Source: Felis catus
Lineage: Eukaryota
DNA length: 64,000 bases
NCBI RefSeq assembly: GCF_018350175.1
Contig: NC_058368.1
Coordinates: 110,300,001-110,364,000 of the forward strand
Direction of reading: 5' to 3'
The notes under the pieces were generated by a model. That model was not told the DNA's origin. It saw nothing but the letters and a program-made list of their open reading frames with translations, and made no database searches. The position numbers and the translations under genes were made by a program. Shown one piece after another: positions 39,859 to 53,052 of the stretch; positions within the stretch are counted from its first letter, which is position 1, and the number at the start of each line of letters is the position of its first letter.

Positions 39859-40078
39859 TTTTTATAATTTTTTTAAATTTTTATTTATTTATGAGGGAGA
39901 GAGACAGAGCATGATCAGGGGAGGGACAGAGACAGAGAAGAAGACACAGAATCTGAAACAGGCTCCAGGCTCTGAGCTGTCAGCACAGAGCCCACTGTGG
40001 GGCTTGAACTCAGGAACAGCAAGATCATGACCTAGGCCAAAGTCAGACTCTTAACTAACTGAGCCACCCAGGCACCCC
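39859..40078 (-). mobile_element. Can-SINE (SINEC_Fc-like)
   Basis: TSD CCAAGAACTTAGC at 39846-39858 and 40077-40089. Confidence 0.94.
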
Positions 40079-40819
40079 AAGAACTTAGCATTATATATAC
40101 ATATACACATGAATATACATGTTTTATATATAATCAATATGTAATATATATTACATATATTGCCTCTACTTGGTATTTTATTGATCTATTTTATTCTTTA
40201 AAAAAAAACATAGGAAGGAGATCATGGACATCTTACTGCCATCCCATGTGTTCTTTAGGTCAAAATTGGAGTGGAAAGCAGCCCCCTGCTATTTCACATA
40301 TGAAGGTAGTTAAGAAGTAAGAATACATTGGTTTTAGGAGGCCTCAATGATAAGTCATAGGCATGATGTACTCTGAGGATCAGAATTCCACAAGGGGATG
40401 AAAGAACTAAAACTCAACAGGACTCCTATGGTCAGAGAGGACAAGATGATCTCTAGACAGTACTGTGTTTGTATGCTTGATAATGGTGATTTTTAAGTGA
40501 AATAATCCAACTGTTTCCACAACAAATCTGGAAAAGACACCTCCCTGTTGTTCATATGTGGAAACGTGTGGATTTGGAATTCTACCAGCTCCTTAAAATT
40601 TCCTTGACTCCTCCCTCCTAAATTTGCAAAACCAGTGAAAGTATCACCATTCCTTCTTCCTCCAACAAAATCCAAGGGAGTACAATTGAAGTTACATGGT
40701 GAGAGAAGAAAAAGCCCTACTGTGGGCATGAATGACCGTGTGTGAGGGTAGGAGGCAGTAAACTCCTGCAGTCCAGTGCCAGCTCTGAGTGCATGGCACC
40801 ATGTGGGCAGGGCCTCTCT

Positions 40820-40925
40820 CTTGTCCACCACTGAGTCCCCAGGACCCACATTAGCACTTGGCTCATCACAGTTCCTCAATAAATAAGTGTTGAATGAATG
40901 AATGAATGAATGAATGAATGAATAA
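40820..40925 (+). mobile_element. L2 3' end with (GAAT)n tail
   Basis: cactgagtccccagga...tcaataaataagtgttgaatgaatgaatgaat. Confidence 0.75.
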
Positions 40926-41294
40926 ACAACTTAGACTGTTGGTAAAAACAACCACTTTATAGAAGATATTTACTGAGTCCTGGTGATATGCAAGATAAGA
41001 TTCAGACCCTAAGACTCAGAAGCCCCAGAAATCCAAGCTCAAATTGCTCAAATTGCTTACCCGGTAAAACATCAGGGGAACGCTCAGCAGCCTGAGCACT
41101 CCATGAATGGGACAGGCCATAAGGGTTGTGGGAGTTCAAAAGATATGCCTTGGCCCTAAGTGGTCAGGAAGGTGAGGCTGTGGGCTCCTCAAGGACACAG
41201 ACAAAGTCTTTACATTTCTAAACTCCCAATGTCCAGTACAGGGTCTGGTTCAAAGCAATCACTCAGTAAAGGCTTACTGAATGGCAAAAGAATG

Positions 41295-41500
41295 AAACCA
41301 CCTGGCTCTTCTACTGGCAAGCTATGCAACCTGAGACAAGGCATCTAACTACGCTGTGCCTCAGTTTCCTTTTCTACAGAACAAGAACAATAAGAGAACC
41401 TACCATTTAGGATTGCTCTGAGAATTAAATGAATTCATATATGTATTCATTTAGTGCAAAGCAAGCACTATGTAAGTATTGGCTGCTACCACTATTATTA
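41295..41500 (+). mobile_element. MIR
   Basis: cctggctcttctactggcaagctatgcaacctgagacaag...ctgtgcctcagtttcct...aggattgctctgagaattaaatga. Confidence 0.75.
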
Positions 41501-41959
41501 TTACTATGCAGAAATGAATGGACAGTCTTGAATAGGATCTTGGAGAGGATGGTGATAGATGGACTATGGGGGGACTGGAACCAGCAAAAGCAAATGTGCA
41601 AAAACAGGAATAAAAATTTCTGTTATTTATTGAATACCAACTGAATACCAGCACTTAATTCCCTTAACAGCTGCATGAGGAAAATACTGTAATTATCCAG
41701 AAACTGAGGCTTAGAGAGAGGCTAAGCGACTTGCTCACAGTTGCACAGCTGGTAATGAGTACAGCTGGATCTACTGTTCAGCTGGAATGGAAGCGTGAGT
41801 AGAAAGGCAGCAAAAAGCAAAGGCTAGAAGATGGATAGCAGCTGGAGTGTGGCAGGGGAGTTTGGGTTTTATGCTATAGAAGAGCAGCAGTGACAAGATG
41901 AAAGCCAGCCCTTGGAAGATGGCCCCATTAATGATGTGACAGGTCAGAATGGACTTGAC

Positions 41960-43510
41960 GTCTTACCTCCTCCAGCTACAAGCTCGTTTCTCAATTCTCT
42001 GTCCCATGCCTGCACTGGCCCCAAACAGTCTTTTGATCCTCATTACTCCTCTGAAACTGCTCTTGTACGGTCACGCACAACCTCCAAGTGGCCACATCTA
42101 GGGGAAAATTCTCCATCCTCATCTTACCTGACTTGCTTATTCACTCAACAATGTTCTTTTGCGAGCAGCTGCTAGGGGCCAGGTCCTACTTCAGGGGCTG
42201 GAGATCAAGCATAGAATAGAACATAATAAGGTCCCTGTGCACATGAACTTGCAGTCCAGTGATCAGCCTATCGCTTCCTGTGTTAGCAATGTTTCCTCCA
42301 CCCACCTTCTGAGATATCACTCTCCCTGGGCTTCTTTCTTCCTGGTACCCTGGTCATTCCTGCTCAGTCTGCTATGCTGGTTCCTGTTATACCTCCTTCC
42401 TCTAAATGTTGACAAACTCTGGCTCCTAGATCTGGGATCTCTTCTCTGTCTTCACTCACTATGTTGTCGTAGAGTGCTTTCACTCCATGGCCTTCATCCC
42501 CTGGTATGAGATGAAAGCTCAGACTTGTGTCTCCAGCCGAGACTTCTCTCCTGAGCTGCAGCATCCAACCTCCCTGAGCATCTCCTCCTGAAGAGCTAAC
42601 AGGCATCTCAGACTTAGGGGGTTCAAGCCTGAATTCCTGGCCTGGATACCCCCAAAGCTGCACCACATAATATTTTTCAGATCAGCTGGTGAAGAGAAGC
42701 TCCATCCTTCCAGTGGCTCAGTCCAAGCCCTAATGCCATCCTCGCTCTTCCCTTCCCTCACATCTCAATCCAATCTACCAGCCAATCTTCTCAGCTCCTC
42801 TTACCCCAAACCAGACAGCTTGTCACTGCCTTTGCAGCCATGCCCCCATTGTTGCCAGCCACCATCAACGCAGCTGCATCACTGAGCTCCTGCTCCATCC
42901 ACCCACCCAGAACTATTCTCATAACAGAATTCAGAGATGTCCTCTCCAACATCAGTTGGACTATGTCATTCCCCTTCCTCACCCCTCTCCTGGAGACTTC
43001 TAATTTCACCCCAAGGAAAATCCCAAGTCCTCACAAGGGTCTATAAGACCCTCCACAATGAAGCTTTACATTGCTCTGACTTGTGCCCTCCTCTCTCCCC
43101 CTTCCATACTCTGTTATAGCCACACTGGCCTCATGGTGATTCCTGCAGGCTCCAGACCCCTCCTGCCTGAGAATGCTCTTCCCTCAGACACCCACTGAGT
43201 TAACTCCCTTCTCTGCAAAGCTCTGCCACTCCACAAGGCCTTTCCTGACAAGCCTACTTAAAACCTCCACTCCTCCCCATCCTACTACGGCCTGTCTCCT
43301 TTCCCTACTTTATTCTTTTCCCACGATACTTATTTTCTTCCAACCATCTCTATAGTTTGCTTTTGTTGATCTCTTCCCACTGGAATATAAGCTCCATTAA
43401 AGCTGGACTTTTATATATTTAGTTGATTACTGTGTCCTCAATCCTGACATGAGTGTGGCAATAGATCCATAAGTATATATTGATTGGATAATTTAATACA
43501 TGAATGAGGA
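41960..43510 (+). mobile_element. L2 (ORF2 remnant to 3' end)
   Basis: ctcctctgaaactgctcttgt...tctccagccgagacttctctcctgagctgcag...agccacactggcctc...ctggaatataagctccatta...tgaatga. Confidence 0.8.
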
Positions 43511-45827
43511 CATTCAGATTCAGAGAGGGGAGGGTCTGTGGATAGCCCATCAGGTTCTCCCCAACCCCAAGTGAACAGAAAAGATGCATGAAGCTCATAG
43601 GGTAACCCTGGAGGACACTGGAAGGTCGCAACAACCCTAGCCCCTTCCGTGAGAGGGGCCCTCACCCTGTCCTCAGAGCCTGCCTTGCTTCCAAAGCAAA
43701 CTCAGAGCTCTAAGGCAAGTTGGAGAGTTCCAGGCAGGGCAGGATCTCTTGGAGAAGAAGGGGAGGGCCTCTTAAGGGCAGGGAAGGGCAATGCACAGGA
43801 GGAGCCCACATGGAATGGAGCTTGCAGCCAGGCCTTTCTTAGGGGGAGTTCCTTCTCCCTCTACACTACCTCTCACAGCTCAGCCTCAGGTGGGCCCACA
43901 ACAAGGGGAACACACAAGCTTTCACCTACTATCCCTGTGCTACCAGTCCAGGACCAAGCCTGGGTGGGAGACAAATGGCCATCCCCAGCCACAGTTATTT
44001 CCCAGAAACACGGAAGGATCAGCACCAGGGACAGGGACATTCCCCAGCCCCATTCTCCTTGCCTAGACTCTGTGAACCAGTGTAAAGAGTAGAACTGACT
44101 TTTTCGAAGAAGAAGGACTCTGCACTGGTTCTGATTAACATTAAAATGCAAGCCCCATTCACATCCACCACAGGTACGTTAAGCAAACACAAAAGTGACA
44201 ACAGGCACAGCACAATGACAGAGGAGCCTATGGTTTTCACGGTGACAAGGTGCGCCTTGCCCACATGCCATCGTTAAGGCTTTTCACTCTGATGATGCGT
44301 GAAATTATCCACCCTGACGGAGCGGCGCCTACTTTCATGCCAACTAGCAACATGGCATCCTTTCATTATCCCCTTGGTCACAAACCCACCTGGAGGGGTG
44401 TGATTAATGCGAATCTCATAAAACCTGGGGGAGCAGGCCATCCCTGGTGCCCTATAAGAGTGAAATTGCCATTCATAGCCGCATAAATCACCATGTGTCA
44501 ATCCCTGCTTCCTCACTGTCACACCTTGGTGAGCCACCCCATGGTCTCCAAGATGTGACACGGTTTCTAGGACAGCAGAATCTGCTGCTCTCAGGGACAC
44601 CTTATACCTAACTTCAAAGCAAGGTCAGAGTTTAGCTATGATTATCCCAGCACCCTCCTGGCTCTGGGACTTCCTAACAGGGCACAGGAAGGAGTGGGGT
44701 GTTTACAACAGAGGAAATGCTAAACGTGGAGAGCAATGGCCTGACTCATTTCACAGCTGTAGTCTTTTCTGATTTGTTCGTAATTTTCTACACTACTGCT
44801 TCCAATTTGATACTGTCTGGACCGAGGATGACAATAAGAATGGGATAACAGATGACGAGCTCAAAATACGGAGCACAATATAGTCACCCTGCACGTATGT
44901 ACAATCAATATGTCACTTGCAAGAAGGAGCCATTGGCCGCTGGGCAAAGTTGGGAATGTAAAATGTCACAGAATTCAAGATGCATTTCTTATGTACTTAG
45001 GAGCCATCACCTTAGCTGCCTTGCTGCTCTGGAAGGGAAACGGGCTTAATGTTTCATAATCAGTTACCGTAGACAAATGAATTAAAAGTCCACAAAGAGT
45101 GCTGGAAGGACTCTTCCAAGTGACTCCTTGTGCTTTGCATGGCAGAGGTGCTCTGTACTGTGTGGTACCCGTTGTGCACTGCACAACTCCATGGGCACAA
45201 TTTCCCTAGAGAACAGTGTGAAAAAGCACCTCCTGGAGCCATGGGATCATTACTGTACAACCATAAGCAGCAACCCTGTGGTCTTTGAGCAACTTGGAGT
45301 CAATATTCCTAAGAGCTTATGGGAGCATCACAGAGATGGATCACAAAGACCCCACACACAGTGCTCTTTTTGACAGACTGGAAAATCCATGCATAGACCT
45401 ATGAATTGCTAGTACAGTTAACTTTTCGTTACCAGCCTTAGGAGGGCAAGGGGCCACTCCATTTATTCAAAATATTCTGGTTATAATAACTAACAATTAT
45501 AATAATATCTAATTTCTACTATATAAAAATATGCATGTTTTAAGCATTTTATTATTTGATTATCATTGAAACCCCCCAAACTTGACAACTCCTCTAAATA
45601 TGACCTATCTGTGTTAAGAGCCACTTCAATAAGCTTTTAGGAAGACAGTGTTATACAGTATATCAAAAAATAAGATTTTAAATATCCTGTGACTGGGGCT
45701 TCTAAACCTGAGAATTAACCCTATAAAAATAAGTCAAAGTATAAAAATACATTTGCGTGTGTGTGTGTGTGTGTGTAGGTACACACATATATACAAAGAT
45801 GTTTATTGTAGTATGGCTTTTAATTTT

Positions 45828-46033
45828 TAAATTTTTAGAATTTTATTTATTTTTGAGAGAGACAGAGCATAAGTGGGGGAGGGGCGAGAGAAAGGGAGAC
45901 CTAGAATCCGAAGCCGGCTCCAGGCTCTGACCTGTCAGCACACAGTCCGACGCAGGGGTCAAACCCACAGACTGTGAGATCGTGACTTGAGCTGAAGTCG
46001 GACGCTCAACTGACTGAGCCACCCAGGAGTCCC
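45828..46033 (-). mobile_element. Can-SINE (SINEC_Fc-like)
   Basis: TSD TGGCTTTTAATTTT at 45814-45827 and 46034-46047, inserted in an old L1 fragment. Confidence 0.94.
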
Positions 46034-46199
46034 TGGCTTTTAATTTTCAACAGCAAGATAAAGGAAATTATTTGAATGTATGTTAAGGGGTTTACTGAAT
46101 GAATTATAGTATATGCATAAAATGAAATACCATGAAGCATTTAAAATCATGCACGACAGCTACGAGTACTTGTAGAAGTCTCTCTCTCTCTCTCTCTCT

Positions 46200-46750
46200 C
46201 TGCATTCCCAGCTGCTTCCCATCCTTCTAATGTTTGGGGAATTAACTGTACTGACAGTACAATTACAGTAACTGACCCTCTCCCCAGGATAGTAGCCAGA
46301 AGTCCCACCTCCCAGCCTCCTTTGCAGCCAGGACTCAGGTATGTAACCTGTTTCGCCAATGAGCTGCAACACACAACAGTTCAAGAAGGAAATGCGGAAG
46401 CAGGCTCAGAGATGGGCAGCATTTTACTGGTGAGGAGCATGGTGGAGCTGGCCTGCCTTAGAACCTGTAAGGCTGAGTTTCTGACACATAAGTAGTATCA
46501 GGGCTAGTGGCAAGGATGATTCCAGCTAGGATGCAGTCCCAGGAGGGCCAACTGCAGCACCTAGGGCTTCCTGGAGGCATTTTCTTATCAGGGCAGTTGT
46601 GCAGCGTGGGTCTGGCCGTAGTTCCTCAAAGCAGAGCTCCGAACACAGTTCTTTGACCCCAACATGTCTGCAAGATGCCTGATCTGCTTCTATTAAGCTC
46701 CTTTCTTCTTAAGGAGCAGAATTAGCCCGCACTGCCTGGAAAGCCATCTA
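46200..46750 (+). mobile_element. Ancient ERVL LTR (LTR16/LTR33-like)
   Basis: cctcccagcctcctttgcagccagg...gccaatgag...attaagctcctttcttcttaa motifs. Confidence 0.5.
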
Positions 46751-47458
46751 GGATATAGGTATCCTTGACTTCACAATTTCAACTCACGAACAGACCACAC
46801 TTCTGAATACCACACATGGGGACCCCGTAAGTCGCCACTCTGGTGCTGGATTTGGACTTTCAGAACTCAACAGAAGGAGGTACACTTGAGGGCTGCAGGG
46901 TGGCACTGACTGCCAGCCCTCAATCCAGGTTAAAGGGCATGGCCAGGCAGGTTTGTACAATTATCCTTGAATGTTTTATCACATCATGCCCTTGTTGCCT
47001 TATAAAAGTGAATAGGAAGAGAAATTAAAATGTTGATATTTACAACAAGAAGACAAGGTTTTAGAGGCTTAATAAAATTGAAACAAATCACTGGGGCACC
47101 ACAAGGAGAAAGTCTTTAGCCTTGATTTGTTACTCATTGGACTTATGCTTGTGGACTTTGCGCTCACCTGCGAAGTGGAAGAACAAATGGTGAAAATATG
47201 AACAAGATGGCAGAATAATTGAGAGCTGTGAGATACCAATCACCTTAGAAAATGTATGTCAATTATTCACTTTTGCATATTTAACTTGTGAGCATCATTT
47301 CAGAAATGTATTCTGAAGAAATATGTAAAAGCAAGAGACGGTTCATACATTCTAAGGTAGAATAAGTAGGATACAGGAAGGTAGCTGTAGGTTTGACCCC
47401 AGCTTTCAAGCATACATATATGTGTGTATGTGATGCAGATATTAAAAACTTTGGACGT

Positions 47459-47586
47459 GGGGGGTGCCTGGGTAGCTCACTCAGTTAAGCATCTGACTTT
47501 TGGTTTTGGCTCAGGTCATGATTTCATGGTTCGTGACCTTGAGCCCCAGGTCAGGCTCTGCGCTGACAGTACAGAGCCTGCTTGGG

Positions 47587-47621
<35 letters not shown>

Positions 47622-47646
47622 AACACACAAATAAATTTTTAAAAAA
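47459..47646 (+). mobile_element. Can-SINE
   Basis: GGGGTGCCTGGGTAGCTCA head and (TC)n, flanked by TTGGAC on both sides. Confidence 0.92.
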
Positions 47647-49139
47647 TTGGACATATACTCTGCCAGTGCTGAAAAGCCAGCTCTGTGGGTTGAGATGGTA
47701 AAGGAATCTCATTGACTATTCCACATAGCCTTGAATTGTTTGAAATTCAAACAATTCTTGTTTCAATGAGAAGTTTTACTTACTATTATAACCACCAAAC
47801 TTTAAAGGTATTTCTACGATCAAGAAAAAGTATGATGGTTCTTCAGAGCTTTTCTGGACCTGGGGCCATTGTGTCTTAATCAGGAGACCTCTGTTCTGTC
47901 CTGGACGTTCCTTCAGGCCTTGTGTCCACCAGACCACCCTTGTGGGGCTTCTGTCTTGACTCCCCAAACTGGGGGCTTGGCACACACTATCACGGTGGCC
48001 CTCTGAAGTTCTTTACAACGGACAGAGGGCTCAACCCACAGTCTGGGGCAGAGCAGCTTGCCCAGTGGAAGGCGTCCCTCCCAGAGCTGTCAATAGACAC
48101 AAGAACTACGCCCTGTCTTAAGAGAAACTGCTCGATGATGTAGTACAGCATGAACAAGACTAATTGATTGTCCTGTTTAATAAAGTGAGATCCTGCCCAA
48201 GAGGCAGCACAGGCCACAGAGCTCACAAGGATCAGAGAGAAAACAGAGTGAAGCTGGCCTTACCTCATGCTTAGCAGGAGGGAGGCGAGAGCCTGGCAGG
48301 CAATTCAGGAAGACACAAAACAGCATGCAGAGAAGACCCAAGGACACAACAAAGCTTTTCTAACTCTAGCACTTTATGGGGGAGACAACTCATCTTTCTC
48401 ACATTTCCAATGCTCATTTTATTCTGCCAGTAAATAAAAAAAAGAAATTCCTTAAATGCAACTTATCAACCTGAAAGGACAGTGGGAGAAAGGGCAAGGG
48501 TGTCGTACTTTGTCAATTGTGTCACTCCCAGGGCCACAGGGATGTTCTTTGCTAGGAGATGGAGCGTGCATTCGGCTCGGTGCCAGGCTGTTCCGGGGAG
48601 ACACCTCATCTATGCTTTCAGCTGGAGTGGCTCTTTGGTCACTCAAGTTCTGGCTCGCTGAGAAAGATCATTCTAGTTCTCATCCTCTCCTTTGCTCCAA
48701 GATGCAAGTAAAAAGTTACGGTTTTCTCTTTCTTTATAATCCTGTAGCAGGGACAGGGATTGACCCCATGAAACCCACAGTGGAATGAAAATTCCTGCTG
48801 AAGCCCCCTCCCTGCCTACTAGTATCGCCTCGGTGGGCTTCAGCCCCTGCTCTCCACAAGCCTCTCCCTCTGCCACTGTTCAGCGTCTGCATCCTCCAGA
48901 GCCTTTGCAAAGCTGGCTCAGTGGCTGGGCTTTTCCTACCCCCAACATTCAGAGGGAAGACAACAGTAGTGCCACTGTTAGAACCACTGAGGTAGACTCC
49001 TTGCCTACATGGAAATGGCAATAGGAGGGGAAGGAGGAAAGGAGAGATCAACCCCACATTTCTTATTTACTGCTCACTTGTATTAGAGCAGGTGACAGCC
49101 CCTTCTTCCCCCTGCTTCTCTGATCCCAGACTTGTTACT

Positions 49140-49590
49140 GGTGACCTGCTTTGTTTGTTATTTTCCACTTGCTTCTCACCCAGGCCCAGGCCCTGTCTTC
49201 TTCCCAGCTCTGTGCCTCAGGAAGCTGACCTCTATGAGCCATGGGCAGCACCTACCAGTTCCCTTGTCCTCTGGCTCTGGTTGGGTTCTGCCCATGCAAA
49301 GCACCAGTAGAGAGAGGTTGGGTCTTTCTCTACTCCCTCCCTGCTTTTACATCATCTCTCCATGACCATAGCTCCTCCTCCATAGCTTAGCTCTCATGGG
49401 GCTCTGTCAACATTACATCCTCCCCCTTTCCCTTTGGTCCTAAAGGTGGTAATAGCTTCCCACTGGTGACCTCACCACCCCTGTTTCTCCCCTTCACCTT
49501 TTCCATACCAATATCAGTAGTCTTCTCATTAAAACCTCTTCTTTTGATCCATCTGGGTGAAACCTGTTTCCTTTCAAGATCCTAACTGAT
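49140..49590 (+). mobile_element. Ancient ERVL LTR (LTR16/LTR33-like)
   Basis: ctgtgcctcaggaagctgacctctatg...ccttgtcctctggctctggttgggtt...gtggtaatagcttcccactg...ttctcattaaaacctct. Confidence 0.55.
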
Positions 49591-49867
49591 ACATCGGCTT
49601 TCCTTTTGCATTAGGGAGTCTGTTTTTTCCTCCTCCATGGGAGATGCAGAGGGTCTCTGAACAAAGAGGAGGCCCGAGAGATACCACTGGTGCTGGGATG
49701 ATGGGTGAAACACACACCTGAGGTGTGGGCAAATGCTAATGCAGCAGGCTGAGCACCCACCTGGAAAGGACACCTTTTGCCTTTAGGCAAATATGTCGAA
49801 TCACAGGTGAGGGTCGATGAGGCAAACTGGCTCGCTTCTCTGATCACAGAAGCCCTAGCTGTTATGA

Positions 49868-51140
49868 TTTATTCATTCATTCAACATTTTTTGGAGCACC
49901 TACCAGGTACCAGGCACTTCACCAGGTACAGTGAGCTGACTTGCGGCCCATGAAAAGATAACTCCACGTCCAAATCCCCAAAACTTGTCAATATGACCTT
50001 AAAAGGCAAAAGAGGTGACTAACAATTTTGAGAGGAGGAGTTTATCCTGAATGATCCAGGTGGGTTTTAAATACAATAATAAGTGTCTGTAAAAGAGTGA
50101 AGGACAGGGGAGATTTGACAGAAAGAAGAGGGGAAAGTAATGTGACCGTGGGGGCAGAGCCTGGATACAGGTACAAGCCAACGAGTGCCTGGAGTCACCA
50201 GAAGCTGGATGAGGCAAGGAAGGATCCTCACTAGAGCCCTGGAAGGGAGCATGGCCCTGCTGACATCTTGATTTTGGACGTAAGATCTTCAGAGCTGTGT
50301 GAAGACAAATTCCTGCTGTTTTAAGCCACCCAGTTTACAGTACTTTGTCATGGCAGATCTAGGAAACTCATACACTAGGTTCTGAGGATGCAGCAGTAAT
50401 CAACACATACATAGTCCCTATACTTCGACTATATAGTCTAGGGGAACAAACAGGTAATGAAAAACTAAACAAGGAGAAATCATTACAAACTGTAATGTAT
50501 TCAGTCATGTACTTAGAGGAACATGTACAGTACCTTATTTAGATTGGTGGTCAGGGCAAGCATCTTTGAGAGGTGACCTTTGAGCTTAGACTTGAAGGAT
50601 GAGAGGTAGCCAGACAAAGTAAGCTCTCAGGGAAGAGTGTCCAGGCAGAGGAGACAAACGAACAGCCCAGAGGTGAGGAACAGACTCGCATGTTCTAGAA
50701 AAACAAAGAAGTCAAGTGTCACTGGAATGAGGTCAGAGGGGTAAGGAGGGCCAGGACACACAGACTTTGGGGCCATAGTAAGGTCTTGGCATTTTATTCT
50801 GTGGTGAAAAGGCATCTGGTAGTTGAGGCTGGAAAGCTGTGAGACAATTTAAGGTTCTATGTCAATCCCATCTGTTATCGGTGAAAAATAGCTTGGAGGG
50901 GGATCTAGGAAGACCAGGGTAGCCAGTTAATAGACCACTGCGGTCTTCTAGATAAGCAATGAAGATGGGCTACGGTGACCCTTCAGAGATGGAGAGAAAA
51001 AGATGGACTGAACACATTTGGGAGATAGAACTGTGGAGAATCGACGGATGTGGTATATGAGAGAAAGACATTAGTGAATGACGATGCCAAGATATTGAGT
51101 AACCAGGTGGATGCAGTACCATTTATTGAGATGAGAAGAT
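49868..51140 (-). mobile_element. L2 fragment split by the MLT1 LTR
   Basis: ttcattcattcaacatt 3' end, then tggtcagggcaagcatctttgagaggtgacctttgagcttagacttgaaggatgag. Confidence 0.75.
49932..50373 (+). mobile_element. MLT1C/D-type MaLR solo LTR inserted in an L2
   Basis: ccacgtccaaatcccc...tatgacctta...gtcaccagaagctgga...ccctgctgacatcttgattttggac...ttttaagccacccagttt...ggaaactcataca. Confidence 0.85.
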
Positions 51141-52536
51141 GGACATGGTGAGGAAGACAATAGCACAGAGAGGAATCTGGAAATGTCCTCCTACATCCTT
51201 TACCATGTCAATAAAGTCTTTCCAGATATGGAAACCTAACCCAATTTCAGTTGTTTTAGGGACCCAAGGAAAAGTACTTCGCCTCCTACAAATGGGGTAC
51301 TGGAACCACTGGCCACCTAGATCTAACCCCCAACACCACACACACCATTACACAACAATGCGCAGAGAAAACCCGCAGAAGCAGGGAAGGGGGTCTTCTA
51401 GAGGAGATGCTTGTCCTGTAGCTCATGTGGCATCAAGAGTCTCCTGTAATTGGAGGCTTCCACTGAGTGGGATCTAATTTGTTCACATCTATACCCCACC
51501 CAGGTGGCTCTACCATCTGCTCACCATGGGCTTAACTTTGGTGAAGGCACCATGAGAAGGTATGGGGAATACAGTGTTTGAGAAACAGATCCTGAATACC
51601 TGAACAATCCGCTACTTACCGAACAGTCTATGTTTTATGACCATGCCACCTCAGTATGTTGAGTTCTGTAGGTTGACTACCACTCCCAACATCCCTCACC
51701 CCATAAGTATTCTGAGAAAGTGACCCCAGTAAAGGGTAGAATGTCCACTGGTCTAAACATTCCTCAACTACTTATTTACCTTCCAGGGAGCAGAGATAAA
51801 GAAACCTGTGATAACCGAGCACACACAGGACCTATAAGACAAGTGAAGGCTTATGTTGAAATCCTAGATGGTGGTCTTTCTGGAGAAGCTTTCTGAAAAA
51901 TCACCTCCTACATCCATAGGTCATTTCTTTATTCCTTTCTAGGTTATAGCACAAAGCTAAGAACCAAGAAGAGGCAAACATACATGCATAGCCTTGTGCC
52001 AAAGGCCAAACTTTTATGCACATTTCTCTTCAGAAATCCCGAAATCCATTTACTCTAGCCTCATTCTGCCCTCTTTAGTGTTTATTTAATCTCTTATTTT
52101 AAGGCCATACCCAATTCTAACATTCTTGATAATCTGATTTTCCAATTCATAAGAAATAGGCAGCAGTAGCCATGAAGGAATGAGGGGTAATTCTAGAACC
52201 GGGTACATGCCAATGAGTGGCAGCTAAAAGCAAGAGAGTAAAGGAGGTGGTAAGTAGAAATTAAAAAAGAAGAAATAAGAATTGAAAAACTTGGGGGCCA
52301 AGGAGTGCCAGGGCAAACATTCCCATGTAATTCAGTAGCCCTAGGGAGTTGCTGTGTGGTTTAATAATTGGTGGTCCCCACTTCTGGGCAAAACATTGTC
52401 AGGACCCAACTTTTCCAAGGTGATCAATTCCTTTCTGGGCTAACACCCTCCCCCCATCCCTCCAAAAGAAGGATCACATATCGACTCAATAAAGTAGGCA
52501 CTGATCTACCACATATGGTATATCCAGTACAATTCT

Positions 52537-52786
52537 TTTTTAAAAAAAAAAAAAGTAGTTCTTTTTTCCTTTTTTTTTAATGTTTATTTTTGAGAGAGAG
52601 ACAGAGAGAGACAGAATATGACTGGGGGAAGGGCAGAGAGAGAGGGAGACAGAGTATGCAAAGCAGGCTCCAGGCTCTGAGCTGTCAGCACAGACCCTGA
52701 CGCAGGGCTTGAACCCACGAACCATGAGATCATGACCTGAGCCAAAGTCGGATGCTTAATCGACTGAGTCACCCAGGTGTCCCCCT
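52537..52786 (-). mobile_element. Can-SINE with an extended composite tail
   Basis: TSD CCAGTACAATTCT at 52524-52536 and 52788-52800. Confidence 0.94.
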
Positions 52787-53052
52787 CCCAGTACAATTCT
52801 AAGGAAGAAGCTAAGCACGGTTGCCTCCTGAGTCACAGGATTCTCATTAGCCTCATGTCCTCTGCCCTCAAAGGGTTTGCTAGGCACTAACATTGTAGGC
52901 CACAGAAAGGAACTCAGCACTCACTTTTAAAAATTAGAAACAAAAATCCCCACTCCTGCTATTTAACACTGATATTCAGACTGTATTCCAATCAGTATAT
53001 TAGATAAACTCAAATGTGACAAAGACACGACCAATTAGAAGACGTGCCCCCA

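Noticed and set aside
44019..44600. Overlapping 78-108 aa ORFs as a possible retrocopy
   Set aside because: No recognisable protein, poly(A) or TSD. The motif content fits a non-coding element better.
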